From contig JBCCQY010000002.1 of NCBI GenBank assembly GCA_039208735.1, positions 1 to 64,000 of the forward strand: a DNA stretch of 64,000 nucleotides. Reading direction: 5' to 3'. This document shows positions 18,918 to 31,281 of the stretch, piece by piece (within the stretch, counting starts at the first letter, position 1; every line of letters starts with the position of its first letter). A program made the translations under genes and the position numbers. This DNA comes from Myxococcota bacterium. GTDB taxonomy: Bacteria > Myxococcota_A > UBA796 > GCA-2862545. A model generated the notes under the pieces. The model did no database searches and was not told the origin of the DNA. It was given only the letters and a program-made list of their open reading frames with translations.

Positions 18918-20327
18918 ATGCGAATCCTGGTTTGGTGGCTGATGAGCCTGGGGCTCGGCTTGACGATGGGCGCACAGGCGGCCCCGCCTTCGGGGGCGAC
19001 GCTGGCCCGTTTCCGAGCTGCACTGGTCGACCATGCTAAGTTTCAGGCTTGTTTTTCATCGAAGGTGACGTCAGGCTACTGCACGATTGGCAGCAGCGCG
19101 GGTGCCGCAGCCCGCCAACGGTCCCCGTCCGAACTGGTGCAACGGATTCAACGCCGGCTCACGCACCTCTCCGCATCGGGAACCGAAACGGGCGCCCTCG
19201 TCTACCATCAGGGTGAGGACGGCGCGCTTCACGTGTTCCTGCTCGACCCGCAGGGCCTCCAGATTCACGAACGCGTCGCCCAACCCGACCTGTCGGACCT
19301 GCGTGACGGACTGACCCGGCGTCTCCACGTGCAAACCCGAGCGCTGTCCCGGGCCCCGGTGCACGCCAAGCGTGGACTCGAGCGGCTTTCCCGGCGCCAG
19401 GCCCCCGTTCGTTCGCTCGAAGACGTCGCGCGGGTGGTGCTACCCGGCCAAATCGCCTCCCGCGTGACCCAAGGCTCCGTCCGGCGCTGGCTGGTTCTGC
19501 CGTGGGGCCCCATCGGGGTCATGCCGCTTTCTGCGTTGCCGCGCCTCGACGGCGAGCCGTTAGCAACCCACGCCTCCATCGTGGTGTTGCCCGATCTCGA
19601 AGCCCTGACCTTGCCCCTGGGTCGACTCCCCAACGGCCCCTCGCACCCAGAGGAACTGCTTCAGCAGGTGTTCACGTTCGATCCGGAGCCCGTTCGGCGA
19701 GGCCCACGGCTCATCGTAGGCGATCCGGCATTCCCCGAGGGGGGGCCGTGGACGTTGCCGCCGCTGCCTGGCGCACGCAAGGAAGCGCTCGCCGTAGCGG
19801 AGGTACTCGGCGAGATGAGCGTCGACGGTCCGTTGGTGGGAGCCGACGCCACCCACGCGCGGGTCATCGCCAAGCTCGACCGGATGCGGAACCGCAGTGG
19901 CGTCATCTACCTCGCCACCCACGGGGTTGCAGACCCTGTGAACCCGATGCACGGCTCGTTTCTGGCCCTCGCGGATCAACCGTTGATGGCCGATGAGATT
20001 CGACGGCGGAAAAACAGCTTTCGGCAACCGCTGGTGGTTCTTTCGGCTTGTCAGTCCGGCCTCGGCAAGGCATTTGGCGCGGGCCAGTTTGGCGTCTCGC
20101 GAGTGTTCTACGCGGCGGGCGCCGGCCAGGTGGTGGGTTCGCTTTGGAACGTCGACGATGCGGCCACCCAAACCCTCATGACGAGGTTCATGGCCCAGCT
20201 GATGGCGGGACGCGTAGCAACGGAAGAAGCCCTTCGACGCGCCATGCTCGAAACGCGAAGCCAGTTTGCCGATCCCAGTTCGTGGGCGAGTTTCGTGGTG
20301 TTCGGCAACCCGAGCGGACCTGCGTAG
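18918..20327 (+). CDS. Secreted CHAT-domain (caspase-like) protease
   Basis: Signal peptide ending AQA. VGDP, LPPLPGARKEA, LATHG (His), VLSACQSG (Cys), SLWNVDD, WASFVVFG. Confidence 0.9.
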   Translation: MRILVWWLMSLGLGLTMGAQAAPPSGATLARFRAALVDHAKFQACFSSKVTSGYCTIGSSAGAAARQRSPSELVQRIQRRLTHLSASGTETGALVYHQGEDGALHVFLLDPQGLQIHERVAQPDLSDLRDGLTRRLHVQTRALSRAPVHAKRGLERLSRRQAPVRSLEDVARVVLPGQIASRVTQGSVRRWLVLPWGPIGVMPLSALPRLDGEPLATHASIVVLPDLEALTLPLGRLPNGPSHPEELLQQVFTFDPEPVRRGPRLIVGDPAFPEGGPWTLPPLPGARKEALAVAEVLGEMSVDGPLVGADATHARVIAKLDRMRNRSGVIYLATHGVADPVNPMHGSFLALADQPLMADEIRRRKNSFRQPLVVLSACQSGLGKAFGAGQFGVSRVFYAAGAGQVVGSLWNVDDAATQTLMTRFMAQLMAGRVATEEALRRAMLETRSQFADPSSWASFVVFGNPSGPA

Positions 20328-20363
20328 CGACGCTCGCGGTATTCATGGGCGCCTGGAGGTCCC

Positions 20364-22586
20364 ATGCTCTTTCTCTGGCTGGCTGCACTCGGGCATGCCG
20401 GTCCCGTCGCAGTGGTTGTCGACGGCGAGGCGTCGCCATCGATCGCGGAACAACTCGAGGCGGAGTTCCGCCTTCTCGATGCTTCGCTGACGGTGACGGC
20501 CGACGATGTTTTTGGCGGAGCCTCCTCCGACGAACGCCTCGCGTCTGACTTGGCCCGCTGCATCCGGGACCGGCGCTATGACGCGGTGATTGCCCTCGGA
20601 CCCCTGGTTTCGGCCCAAGCAAAGGACCTTCGCCGACCCCGCATTCCGGTGATTGCGGCGGTCGACCTCGAAGAAGGTGCAGGGCCAGCCAACGTCTACT
20701 CCCTGCCGCTGCGGCTCGATGTGACGCGAGGCATCGAGATTGCCGAAACGCTGTCGGGTGGAGAAGCGGTGGTGGTGGCTTCCCCGGTGCTGGTGGAAAG
20801 CGGCTTGTTACCCGAGGGGCGCCTGCCCGCAGTGGCCCCGATCGACGTACCTGACACCGTGAAGAGCCTCGTGGTGCTGCCGCTGGTGGCCATACCCGGG
20901 GCCGAACGTAAAGCGCTGTTTGAAGGCTGGGCCGAGCAAGGCCTGGTCACCGTGTCGATGCAAGGCTCCCTCGACGACGGAGCCACCGCGGCCCTATCGA
21001 CGTCGCAGGGCCTGCGCACCGTTCTCCGCCGCGTCGCAGTGGTGTTGTCCGACCTCGATGCCGGCCGACGGCCCGTAACGGCGACCCTGAACCTGCGCGC
21101 AAACGACCTCAAGGTCGCGGTGCCCGCCCTGACTCGACTGGGCCTCTCGGTCCCTTTCGCATTGCTTGCCGAGGCCGAGTTCGTGGGGATTGGCGAGTCG
21201 CGCCAGCCCATTCGCCTCGACGAAGCGGTGCGGGAAGCCATGGCCAATAGTCCCAACCTGGCCCGACTGCGGGCGGAACTCGCGGCCGAAGACACGGCGG
21301 TGGCCCAATCCATCGCAGACTGGCTCCCTGGCGTCGACGTGTCGCTGTTTGCCTCCACAACCGACCCCAATGCGGTGTCGCCCCTCCAGGCCCAGAGCAG
21401 CGTCACCGGGTCGCTAACGGCGGAGCAGCTGTTGTTCAGCGACGGGGCGGTGGTCAATGTCAATTCGCAGCAGGACTTGCGCAAGGCCCGGTCATCCGAA
21501 TGGGCGGCAGCCGAGCAGGATCTGGCGTTCGACGTCTCGTCCGCCTACGTCGCTCTCATCCGCGCCTACGAGCTTCTCGAGGTTCGCCGGGCCGACCTCG
21601 ATCGCGTGCGAGAATCCCTTCAGGTCGCAAGAGATCGCCAGTTGGTGGGGGACGTGGCGGCCACGGAGGTCGCTCGTTGGGAATCGGAGTTTGCGAGTGC
21701 CGAAGCCAACCTGATCTCGGCCTTCGCCGACGTACAGAGCGTCCAGATCTCCCTCAACCAGCTGCTGGGCGCCGACCCGTCGCGGGCATTGGAGCCGGCT
21801 CCTCTCGACGAAATCGTGGCCGGGCTCCCCGCGGCCCTTAGCTCCCCGAGCGAGGCGACTCGACTCGCCACGGCCCTGGCCGACTTCGCCGAAGACACGG
21901 CACCGTCGCTTGAGCAGCTCGATCACATCGTGCAGGCGCAGGACCGGGCCGCGCGACTCCAGCGCCGTCAGTACTGGATGCCCACCGTAGCGGGTTCATT
22001 CACGATCAACGGCAACTTCTTCCTTTCGAACGTGGATGGGAATCAGGGCGGCGGAACGACGCCGACGGCTACGGCTACCGGCGTTCCCGGAGGCTTCGAC
22101 ACCAGCACCTTCATCGTCGATCCGCCGTTGTTTACCTGGCAGGCCGGTGCAAGCGTGAGCCTGCCCCTGTTCGCGGGAGGCGGACGTCGCGCCTCCCAGC
22201 GAGAAGCCGAACGAAGCCTACAGTCGCTGGGCATGCAGCGCGAAACCCTCCGACAGTCGGTCGTGGCGCGCTCGCGCGATGCCATCAACCAAGCGGTGGC
22301 CAGCGCACTGCGGGCAGAACTCGGCAAGGTGCAGGTCAAGGCCGTGCAGCGCACCCTGTATGCGGCCATCGATTCGTACGCGCGAGGCGCCACCACCCAA
22401 ACCACGGTGACCGAAGCTCGCACCAGCGCCCTCAACGCCGAACTCGGCTCGACCAACGCCACCTACGACGCCGTCCAAGCGGTCTTTGATGTGCTCTATG
22501 TCGCGGGGGCGTTGCCTACGCCCTCGTTCCCCAATGGCCCCGAGCAGCTCCGCAACGCCCTCACCACCGCCATGGAGGCCCCATGA
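20364..22586 (+). CDS. TolC-family outer membrane efflux protein with a ~280-aa N-terminal extension
   Basis: OEP repeats start at LDEAVREAMANSP. P.VAGS..SLPLFAGG motif. Upstream of MFP and RND genes. Confidence 0.85.
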   Translation: MLFLWLAALGHAGPVAVVVDGEASPSIAEQLEAEFRLLDASLTVTADDVFGGASSDERLASDLARCIRDRRYDAVIALGPLVSAQAKDLRRPRIPVIAAVDLEEGAGPANVYSLPLRLDVTRGIEIAETLSGGEAVVVASPVLVESGLLPEGRLPAVAPIDVPDTVKSLVVLPLVAIPGAERKALFEGWAEQGLVTVSMQGSLDDGATAALSTSQGLRTVLRRVAVVLSDLDAGRRPVTATLNLRANDLKVAVPALTRLGLSVPFALLAEAEFVGIGESRQPIRLDEAVREAMANSPNLARLRAELAAEDTAVAQSIADWLPGVDVSLFASTTDPNAVSPLQAQSSVTGSLTAEQLLFSDGAVVNVNSQQDLRKARSSEWAAAEQDLAFDVSSAYVALIRAYELLEVRRADLDRVRESLQVARDRQLVGDVAATEVARWESEFASAEANLISAFADVQSVQISLNQLLGADPSRALEPAPLDEIVAGLPAALSSPSEATRLATALADFAEDTAPSLEQLDHIVQAQDRAARLQRRQYWMPTVAGSFTINGNFFLSNVDGNQGGGTTPTATATGVPGGFDTSTFIVDPPLFTWQAGASVSLPLFAGGGRRASQREAERSLQSLGMQRETLRQSVVARSRDAINQAVASALRAELGKVQVKAVQRTLYAAIDSYARGATTQTTVTEARTSALNAELGSTNATYDAVQAVFDVLYVAGALPTPSFPNGPEQLRNALTTAMEAP

Positions 22587-23647
22587 GGCCCGCCCTTTTC
22601 GTTTTCGCCCTTGGCGCCTTGTTTGGCTGTGGAGACCCCGCACCCGAGCCCCCCGCCATCCGGCCCGTCCGCTCCGAAGTCATCGAGCTTTCGGGAGCCG
22701 CGCTGCGCGGCACGTTCAGCGGAGTCGCGGAGGCCGGTGACCAAGCCACCCTTTCGTTCCAGACGGGCGGCACCATCGAGCAGGTGCTGGTCAAGATCGG
22801 CGACCGCGTAAAGGCGGGGGAGCCGCTCGCTCGTCTCGATGACACTCAGCTCCGGCTGCAGCTGGGCCAAGCCCGGGCCAGCGTCGCCCAGGCCTCGGCG
22901 AACCGGACCCTTGCCCGTCAGAGCCTCGAACGCACCGAGGCGCTCTACCTCAACGACAATGCCTCGGCGGCCGAACTCGAAGCGGCACGGGCCAACGCCG
23001 ACAGCGCTACGGCATCGCTGGTGAGCGCCCAGCGTACCCTCGCCATCGCAAAGGACCAGCTCGACGCCGCCGTGCTCGAGGCCAATCGCGACGGCCGAGT
23101 TTCGGACGTGCTGGTGAACGAAAACGAAAACGTTGGTGGGGGAAGCCCGGTCATCGCCCTGACCCCCGACCAGCGGCTTCAGGTCACGGTCGCCGTGCCG
23201 GGCGCCTGGGTAGGCCGGGTCACGCGGGGAGACACCGCGACCGCCACGTTCACCGAAGTTGGGGGAGCCCAAGTTCCCGCCAACGTCACCGAGGTCGGCG
23301 TCACCGGTCAGTCGGGCTCGTTTTCGGTCACCGTCGAACTCACCGAGGATGACGAACGCGTACGCCCCGGCATGGGCGCAGACGTCGCCATCGTGGTCAA
23401 GGAGTCCGAGGACAAGCGTCTCGAGCTGCCGCTTTCGGCCATCGGCGAAGATGCGCAGGGCCGGCATGTGTGGATCGTGGAGGACGGCGAGGACGGTGAA
23501 GGCGTGGTTCGCCGACGCACCGTCGAAACGGGCGACCTCACTTCGGAGCGTGTGGTCGTCAACGACGGCCTCGAAGCCGGAACTCGGGTCGTCATCGCCG
23601 GCACCTCGCTGATGTATGACGGCCGTGTCGTGAGGGTGAACCCATGA
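22583..23647 (+). CDS. RND efflux periplasmic adaptor (MFP), lipoprotein
   Basis: LFGC lipobox, lipoyl-like GDRVKAGEPLARLD, alpha-hairpin, RPGM. Confidence 0.93.
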   Translation: MRPALFVFALGALFGCGDPAPEPPAIRPVRSEVIELSGAALRGTFSGVAEAGDQATLSFQTGGTIEQVLVKIGDRVKAGEPLARLDDTQLRLQLGQARASVAQASANRTLARQSLERTEALYLNDNASAAELEAARANADSATASLVSAQRTLAIAKDQLDAAVLEANRDGRVSDVLVNENENVGGGSPVIALTPDQRLQVTVAVPGAWVGRVTRGDTATATFTEVGGAQVPANVTEVGVTGQSGSFSVTVELTEDDERVRPGMGADVAIVVKESEDKRLELPLSAIGEDAQGRHVWIVEDGEDGEGVVRRRTVETGDLTSERVVVNDGLEAGTRVVIAGTSLMYDGRVVRVNP

Positions 23648-26600
23648 CCATCACGAAATGGGCCGTTCAGTTCACCCGCGTGAGCTGGATGGCCATCGTC
23701 CTGCTGATCGTCTACGGCCTCATTAGCTACTTCCAGCTCCCCAAGGCTCAGGACCCCGGGTTTACCCTCCGGATTGCGTCGGTCACGACCGTGTTTCCCG
23801 GCGCATCCCCCGACCGAGTGGAGAAGCTGGTCACCTCGGTCATCGAGGAGGCACTGCAGGAAATTCCAGAGATCACCGACATCAACAGCACCTCGCGCAG
23901 CGGGGTCTCGGTGGTCACCGTTGAGATCGACGAACTCATCAACGATCTGCAGCCCATCTTCACCGAGATTCAAGACGAACTCGACGGGCTGCAAGAGGAC
24001 CTGCCCGAAGACGCCAAAGAACCAAACCTCAACACGGATCTGGCCGAGGTCTTCGGGGTGCTGTTCGCCATCACCGCTGATGGCTTTACGCACCGCGAGA
24101 CCATCGAAGCCGCCGAGACCCTCAAAGATCACCTGCTTACGGCCACGGACGCCCGTTCGGTCGAGATCTACGGCGAACAGGAACGCCAGATCGTGCTCGA
24201 ATACAATCCCGCGGCACTCGCCCGACGAAACGTCTCCCCCAACTGGCTCATCCAAAGCCTACAGGTGGCCAACATCGTGAGCCCCGGAGGCGAGGTTCGG
24301 GTCGGGCGCGAGATGCTGTCTGTCGAGCCCTCGGGGTCGTTTGAATCCGTCGAGGACATTCGCGGCTTGGTGTTGAGCCTTCCGGGTGGCGACCTGACGC
24401 GACTCGGTGATCTCGTGGACGTGCGAGACACGCTCGAGTCGCCTCCGGCCCCCACCGCGTACTACGACGGCGCCCCCGCCGTCCTCGTCGGCGTTTCGCT
24501 TCGAGATGAAGGCAACAGCGAGAACTTCGGCGCGTCCATTCGCGAACGGGTCACCGAGGTGCAAGCGGATCTTCCGCTAGGCCTTGAAATCCATGAACTC
24601 GCCTTTCAGCCCGACGATGTCGAACAGTCCATCCAGCAGTTCACATCGAGCCTCGTTCAATCCATGGGCATCGTGTTCGTGGTCATCTTGGTCTTCCTGG
24701 GCTTCCGCACCGGCACCATCGTGGCTTCGGCCATTCCTCTGGTCATCCTCACCACGTTCGTGTTGATGTCGAGCTTTGGCGTTGGCATCGACCAGATGTC
24801 ACTTGCCGCCTTGCTCATCGCGCTGGGCATGCTCGTCGACAACGCCATCGTGATGTCAGAGACCACGATTGTGCTGGTGGAAGAGGGAGAGTCGGTCGAA
24901 GATGCGGTGGTGCACGCGAGTGGCGAACTCTGGATTCCCCTGCTTATCAGCTCGCTGACGACCTGTGCGGCGTTCCTGCCCGTGTACCTCGCCCCGGGCA
25001 ATGCTTCCGAATTCGTCGGTCCCATCTTCCTCGTCGTCACGATGGCCCTGATGTCGTCGTGGTTCATTGCCATGACGCTTCTGCCGATGCTGCTCGCCAC
25101 GTTCCTTGCGACGCCCGAGAAGTCGAACGACGACGTGTATGACCGCCCCATCTACGACTGGTGGCGCGGCGTGCTTCGCACCGCCCTCGGCAACCGGTTT
25201 GGCGTCTTGGCCGTCGCCGTGTTGCTACTCGTCGGGGCCCTTTCGCTGTTTGGCCAAGTCGACAGTGAGTTCTTTGCACCGTCTGACAATCCCACGTTCA
25301 CCGTCGACGTGACGCTGCCCGAAAGCATCACTCAGGCTGAGGCCGAAGCGGCGTTGCGCACGCTCGACACCTTCCTCGACGAAGAGCTGCGTGCGACCGA
25401 CGACCGACCCGACGGGCTTGTGGACTACGGCGCGATGCTGGGGCAAGGCCTTCCTCGGTTCGTGCTTGGCTACAGCGCGCCCACCAGTGCAACCGGGACC
25501 ATCGCGGTGGTCGCGAACACCACCGACCGTGAGCAAGTCGACCTCTTATCGGAGCGCATCATCCGCTTTGTGGAATCGACGCTCGTGGACGCGCGAGTCG
25601 AAGCGGGTCCGCTCACTTCGGGTCCCGGCGGGGGTGCCGACATTGGGTTTACCTTCGCCTCTCGCGACACCGACGCCCTGTTTGAAGCGGTGGAAGCCAC
25701 CGAGGGCAGGCTGCGCGGAATCACCGGCGTGCGCAACGTACGCAACGATTGGGGCAAGCGATCCAAGAAGCTCGACGTGCGGGTCGACCCGGTTCGCCTG
25801 CGGCTCGCCACCCTCTCCCACCAGGATGTCGCGCAGTCGCTGCTCACCGCACTTGACGGGGTGAAGGCCTCGGAGCTGCGCGAGGGCGACGAGCGCACCG
25901 ACATTCGCGTTCGCTCGAACCCCGAATCGAGTCTCGATCTGGCCGCCATGCGAAACCTGACCGTGTTCGGCAGCAACGGGAGTGCCGCGCTGCAGCAGGT
26001 CGCCGACGTCGGAATCACCTACGACTTTCCTCAGATCAAGCGCGAGAACCGGGTTCGAACCGTCGAAGTTTCGGCTGACGTGGCACCCGGCATCAACCGG
26101 ACCGACGTGCAAAACGACGTGCAAGCGTGGCTCGACGATCAGGGATTCGAGGTGGCGATCGACGGGGCCGGTGAACAAGAAGCGTCCAGCGATGCGACCA
26201 GCCGCCTGCTCGCGAACGTGCCCATCGCAGCGTTGGCCATCGTGATGCTGCTCGTCATGCAGTTCAACTCGATCCGCCGGACCACGATCAACCTTGTCGT
26301 GTTGCCCTTCTCCATGATTGGCGTCGTGCTGGCCTTGCTGCTGTTTGGAGCGAGCTTCGGCTTCATCGCGGTCTTGGCGGTGGTGAGCCTGTTTGGCATC
26401 GTCTTGAACAATGGGATTGTGCTCATCGACCGGATCGATCTCGAGATTGCAGAGGGGCGTCCGCCGGCCGTGGCCTTGATCGAGGCGAGCGTCCGTCGCG
26501 CACGGCCCATCCTCCTCACCACGCTCACGACGACGGCGGGCCTCGTGCCGCTGTACCTGGGCGGAGGGTCGATGTTCGAGGGCATGGCGGTCACGCTGAT

Positions 26601-26682
26601 GGGCGGGCTCACCGTCGGCACGGTGCTCACCCTGTTGCTGGTTCCCGTGCTCTACGCCTTGTTCTTCCGCATCTCACGGTAG
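23644..26682 (+). CDS. AcrB/AcrD/AcrF family RND permease
   Basis: 1012 aa with GMLVDNAIV, GIVLNNGIVLID and RARPILLTTLTT. Confidence 0.96.
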   Translation: MTITKWAVQFTRVSWMAIVLLIVYGLISYFQLPKAQDPGFTLRIASVTTVFPGASPDRVEKLVTSVIEEALQEIPEITDINSTSRSGVSVVTVEIDELINDLQPIFTEIQDELDGLQEDLPEDAKEPNLNTDLAEVFGVLFAITADGFTHRETIEAAETLKDHLLTATDARSVEIYGEQERQIVLEYNPAALARRNVSPNWLIQSLQVANIVSPGGEVRVGREMLSVEPSGSFESVEDIRGLVLSLPGGDLTRLGDLVDVRDTLESPPAPTAYYDGAPAVLVGVSLRDEGNSENFGASIRERVTEVQADLPLGLEIHELAFQPDDVEQSIQQFTSSLVQSMGIVFVVILVFLGFRTGTIVASAIPLVILTTFVLMSSFGVGIDQMSLAALLIALGMLVDNAIVMSETTIVLVEEGESVEDAVVHASGELWIPLLISSLTTCAAFLPVYLAPGNASEFVGPIFLVVTMALMSSWFIAMTLLPMLLATFLATPEKSNDDVYDRPIYDWWRGVLRTALGNRFGVLAVAVLLLVGALSLFGQVDSEFFAPSDNPTFTVDVTLPESITQAEAEAALRTLDTFLDEELRATDDRPDGLVDYGAMLGQGLPRFVLGYSAPTSATGTIAVVANTTDREQVDLLSERIIRFVESTLVDARVEAGPLTSGPGGGADIGFTFASRDTDALFEAVEATEGRLRGITGVRNVRNDWGKRSKKLDVRVDPVRLRLATLSHQDVAQSLLTALDGVKASELREGDERTDIRVRSNPESSLDLAAMRNLTVFGSNGSAALQQVADVGITYDFPQIKRENRVRTVEVSADVAPGINRTDVQNDVQAWLDDQGFEVAIDGAGEQEASSDATSRLLANVPIAALAIVMLLVMQFNSIRRTTINLVVLPFSMIGVVLALLLFGASFGFIAVLAVVSLFGIVLNNGIVLIDRIDLEIAEGRPPAVALIEASVRRARPILLTTLTTTAGLVPLYLGGGSMFEGMAVTLMGGLTVGTVLTLLLVPVLYALFFRISR

Positions 26683-26688
26683 TTCGCT

Positions 26689-28158
26689 TCAGGGTCCGTT
26701 GGGCCCGAAGCGTTCGCGGAGTTCGCGCTTGAGCACCTTGCCCATCGCGTTGCGGGGCAGCGCCTCCACGCGATGGACGTCGCGGGGCACTTTATAGGCG
26801 GCGAGCCGCTCCCGAAGAAACCCGCGAAGGTCGGGGTCCGTTGAGGAGGTCTCCGCCCCCACCCAGGCGACCGCCACACGTTCACCAAGATCGGCGTCGG
26901 GGAGCCCAAACACCGCACACGCGGTCACCGCGGGATGTTCGAGCAACGCCCCTTCGACCTCGGCGGGGTACACGTTGAATCCGCCGGTAAGCACGAGGTC
27001 GGACCGTCGCCCGACGAGGCGGATGTAGCCTTCGGCATCCCGATGCCCGAGGTCGCCCGTCCGCATCCAACCGTCGACCACCGCGTCCGCCGTGGCCTCG
27101 GGCCGCCCTAGGTAGCCCCTGAACACCGAAGGGCCGCGGATCTGAACCTCGCCTACGTCCCCGGCGGCCTTCTCGACGACGGTGCCGGGGTCGACGATCC
27201 GCACCTCGACTTGCTGCATGGGCTTGCCAACCGCGCCCGAGCGCCGGTCGTCGTAAGGATTGGCCAGTACGATCCCGATTTCGGTCATGCCATAGCGTTC
27301 GAGGACCCGATGGCCGTACCGTTGGTGAAAGGCCTCGAACGTCGGCGCGGGCAATGGCGCAGATCCACTCGTGAACAGGCGTATGCCGCTCACATCGGGG
27401 GTCTGTGGATGGGCGAGCAAGCGCTGGTAGAACGTAGGTACCCCCATGAACACCGTCACATCGGTGCCATCGAGGGCGCGCACCACCGCCTCGGCATCGA
27501 ACTTGGGCAACCATCGCGCATGGGCTCCCGCGCGCAGTGCGCCCAGCTGAGCCACCACGAGTCCGTGCACGTGGTACTGCGGCAGGACGTGCAAGATGAC
27601 GTCGTTGGACTGCCAACGAAACGCCTGATGGAGCGCCTCGATGGTCGCGCCGAGCGATGCGTGGTCGTGTAGTGCGCCCTTGGGTCGTCCCGTCGTGCCC
27701 GACGTGTACATGAGCATGGCCGGGGTGTCGGCCGGGACCGCGGGTTCCAAGGCCCGTTCAGGGGCATCGTCAAGATGCTGGCGCACGGACTCAGCGGGCA
27801 CCCAACGCCGGCCTGCCGCCACCTGGCTTCCCAAACCACTCGGCAGCACCGCCAGCGCCGGCGCCGCATCGCCGATGAAGTAGGCGACCTCTGGAGCTGG
27901 GTATCGATCGTTGAGGGGCAGTGCAGCGGCGCCTCGGGCGAGGCAACCGAGAACCAACTCGAGGAAGGCGGGCCCTCGTGGCATCATCAAGGCCACCACA
28001 TCCCCGCGCGCGACGCCCTGTTCCGCGAGCCAACCCGCCGCTCGCCGAACCCGGACGTCGAGGTCTGCATACGTCCAGGTCGTGCCTTGGTGCGTAAGGG
28101 CCGGAGCTTCGGCAACCCATTGGGTTCGCCACGTATGGAAGAGACTCATGGCCCTCAT
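26689..28158 (-). CDS. Acyl-CoA synthetase, malonyl-CoA synthetase (MatB)-like
   Basis: YTSGTTGRPKGA, HVLPQYHVHGL, FMGVPTFY, SGSAPL, ERYGMTE, LPRNAMGKV. Confidence 0.88.
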   Translation of the reverse strand: MRAMSLFHTWRTQWVAEAPALTHQGTTWTYADLDVRVRRAAGWLAEQGVARGDVVALMMPRGPAFLELVLGCLARGAAALPLNDRYPAPEVAYFIGDAAPALAVLPSGLGSQVAAGRRWVPAESVRQHLDDAPERALEPAVPADTPAMLMYTSGTTGRPKGALHDHASLGATIEALHQAFRWQSNDVILHVLPQYHVHGLVVAQLGALRAGAHARWLPKFDAEAVVRALDGTDVTVFMGVPTFYQRLLAHPQTPDVSGIRLFTSGSAPLPAPTFEAFHQRYGHRVLERYGMTEIGIVLANPYDDRRSGAVGKPMQQVEVRIVDPGTVVEKAAGDVGEVQIRGPSVFRGYLGRPEATADAVVDGWMRTGDLGHRDAEGYIRLVGRRSDLVLTGGFNVYPAEVEGALLEHPAVTACAVFGLPDADLGERVAVAWVGAETSSTDPDLRGFLRERLAAYKVPRDVHRVEALPRNAMGKVLKRELRERFGPNGP

Positions 28159-28181
28159 TATCGAGCCTCATCGTCCGATGG

Positions 28182-29072
28182 TCACGACACAAGTACGACA
28201 ATGGCTCCGGTCACGGCCAGACTCGCGCCGATGAGTTGGCGTCGACTCACCGTTTCGCCGAGGAACGCCCAGGCGAGCACGATAATGTAGATCGTCGCGA
28301 GCTGGTTGAGCACCGCCGCGACCGAAGCCTCCGCCCACTTGAACCCGCCGAGCCACAGGAGCAACGCAACGTAGGTTCCCAGCACGGCGCCGGGAAGCAA
28401 CGTGCGCCACTCGGCCGTGGGACGAAAGGCCTTCGCGATGGTCGACCCGTCTCGACGGACGGCGAGCCAGAGCAATTGGCCCCCAATGCCGGCCACAAGA
28501 CGGATCCAGGTCACTTCCACGAGGTCCGAGGTCTCGAGAATGGGCTTGATGACGATGACACTCGCCCCTGAGCCCACGACGGCGAAAAAGGCCATCGCAA
28601 GCCCCAGGGCGAACTCCCGATCCCGTGGTCCTGATGCCGCTCGCAAATCGACGTTGGCCACCGCGTTGCCCATCACCACCGCAGCCGCCCCCGCGAGAAA
28701 GCCCGCTCCCGGCCGCTCGCCGAGGAACGCCCACGCCATCACCACCATCATTGGCGCGTAGGTGGTGTCGACCAGCGCCAAGCGGGCCGCTCCGATGCGC
28801 CTTAGGCCCTCGAACAACAACGTGTCGGCCAACGCAAGCCCGAGCAACCCGCTGCCCACGAGCATGGCCCAATCCGCCGCACTCCGCTCGCCTGACACCT
28901 CGATGCCAAACGCGAGCATGGTCACCGTGAGCAACAACGCCGCCAGGCTGTTCTTGAAGAGGTTCATCGCCGCGGGTGGCAATTCGGTCTTGCGGTAAAG
29001 GATCACCGCCACCGACCAGCACATCGGGGCGAGCATGGCACAGAGTTCCCCGAGAAACGGGATCGCAGGCAT
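28182..29072 (-). CDS. DMT/EamA family transporter
   Basis: About 10 TM helices in two repeats, each ending FLGE. Confidence 0.9.
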   Translation of the reverse strand: MPAIPFLGELCAMLAPMCWSVAVILYRKTELPPAAMNLFKNSLAALLLTVTMLAFGIEVSGERSAADWAMLVGSGLLGLALADTLLFEGLRRIGAARLALVDTTYAPMMVVMAWAFLGERPGAGFLAGAAAVVMGNAVANVDLRAASGPRDREFALGLAMAFFAVVGSGASVIVIKPILETSDLVEVTWIRLVAGIGGQLLWLAVRRDGSTIAKAFRPTAEWRTLLPGAVLGTYVALLLWLGGFKWAEASVAAVLNQLATIYIIVLAWAFLGETVSRRQLIGASLAVTGAIVVLVS

Positions 29073-29110
29073 CGCTTCGACATCCTGACCGGCGGTACGT
29101 CGTGCGCATA

Positions 29111-29198
29111 ACGTCAGACGACGACGAGATTCAGTCGGTGTCGGACCACGTCAACACGACGAACCACGTCAGTCCGCCCACGTCAAACAAAAGCGTCA
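29111..29198. repeat. Five short direct repeats of CGTCA (three as CCACGTCA)
   Basis: CGTCA starts at 29112, 29149, 29167, 29181 and 29194 in the thiC-EamA gap. Confidence 0.5.
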
Positions 29199-29229
29199 AC
29201 AGCGCGCCGCATGGCCATCGAGCCCCCTT

Positions 29230-31215
<1,986 letters not shown>

Positions 31216-31281
31216 CTAATGTGGCGAACGCCCATCCGTCACCTCCCATGACGCCAAATCCGCAGGGTGTTGTCCTGCCCC

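Noticed and set aside
18918..20327. CHAT protease as part of a CRISPR-associated or gasdermin defence system
   Set aside because: No cas, gasdermin-like or NLR-like neighbour was recognised, and the protein has a signal peptide.
29111..29198. Mini CRISPR array
   Set aside because: The repeats are only 5-8 bp with irregular short spacing, and there are no cas genes.
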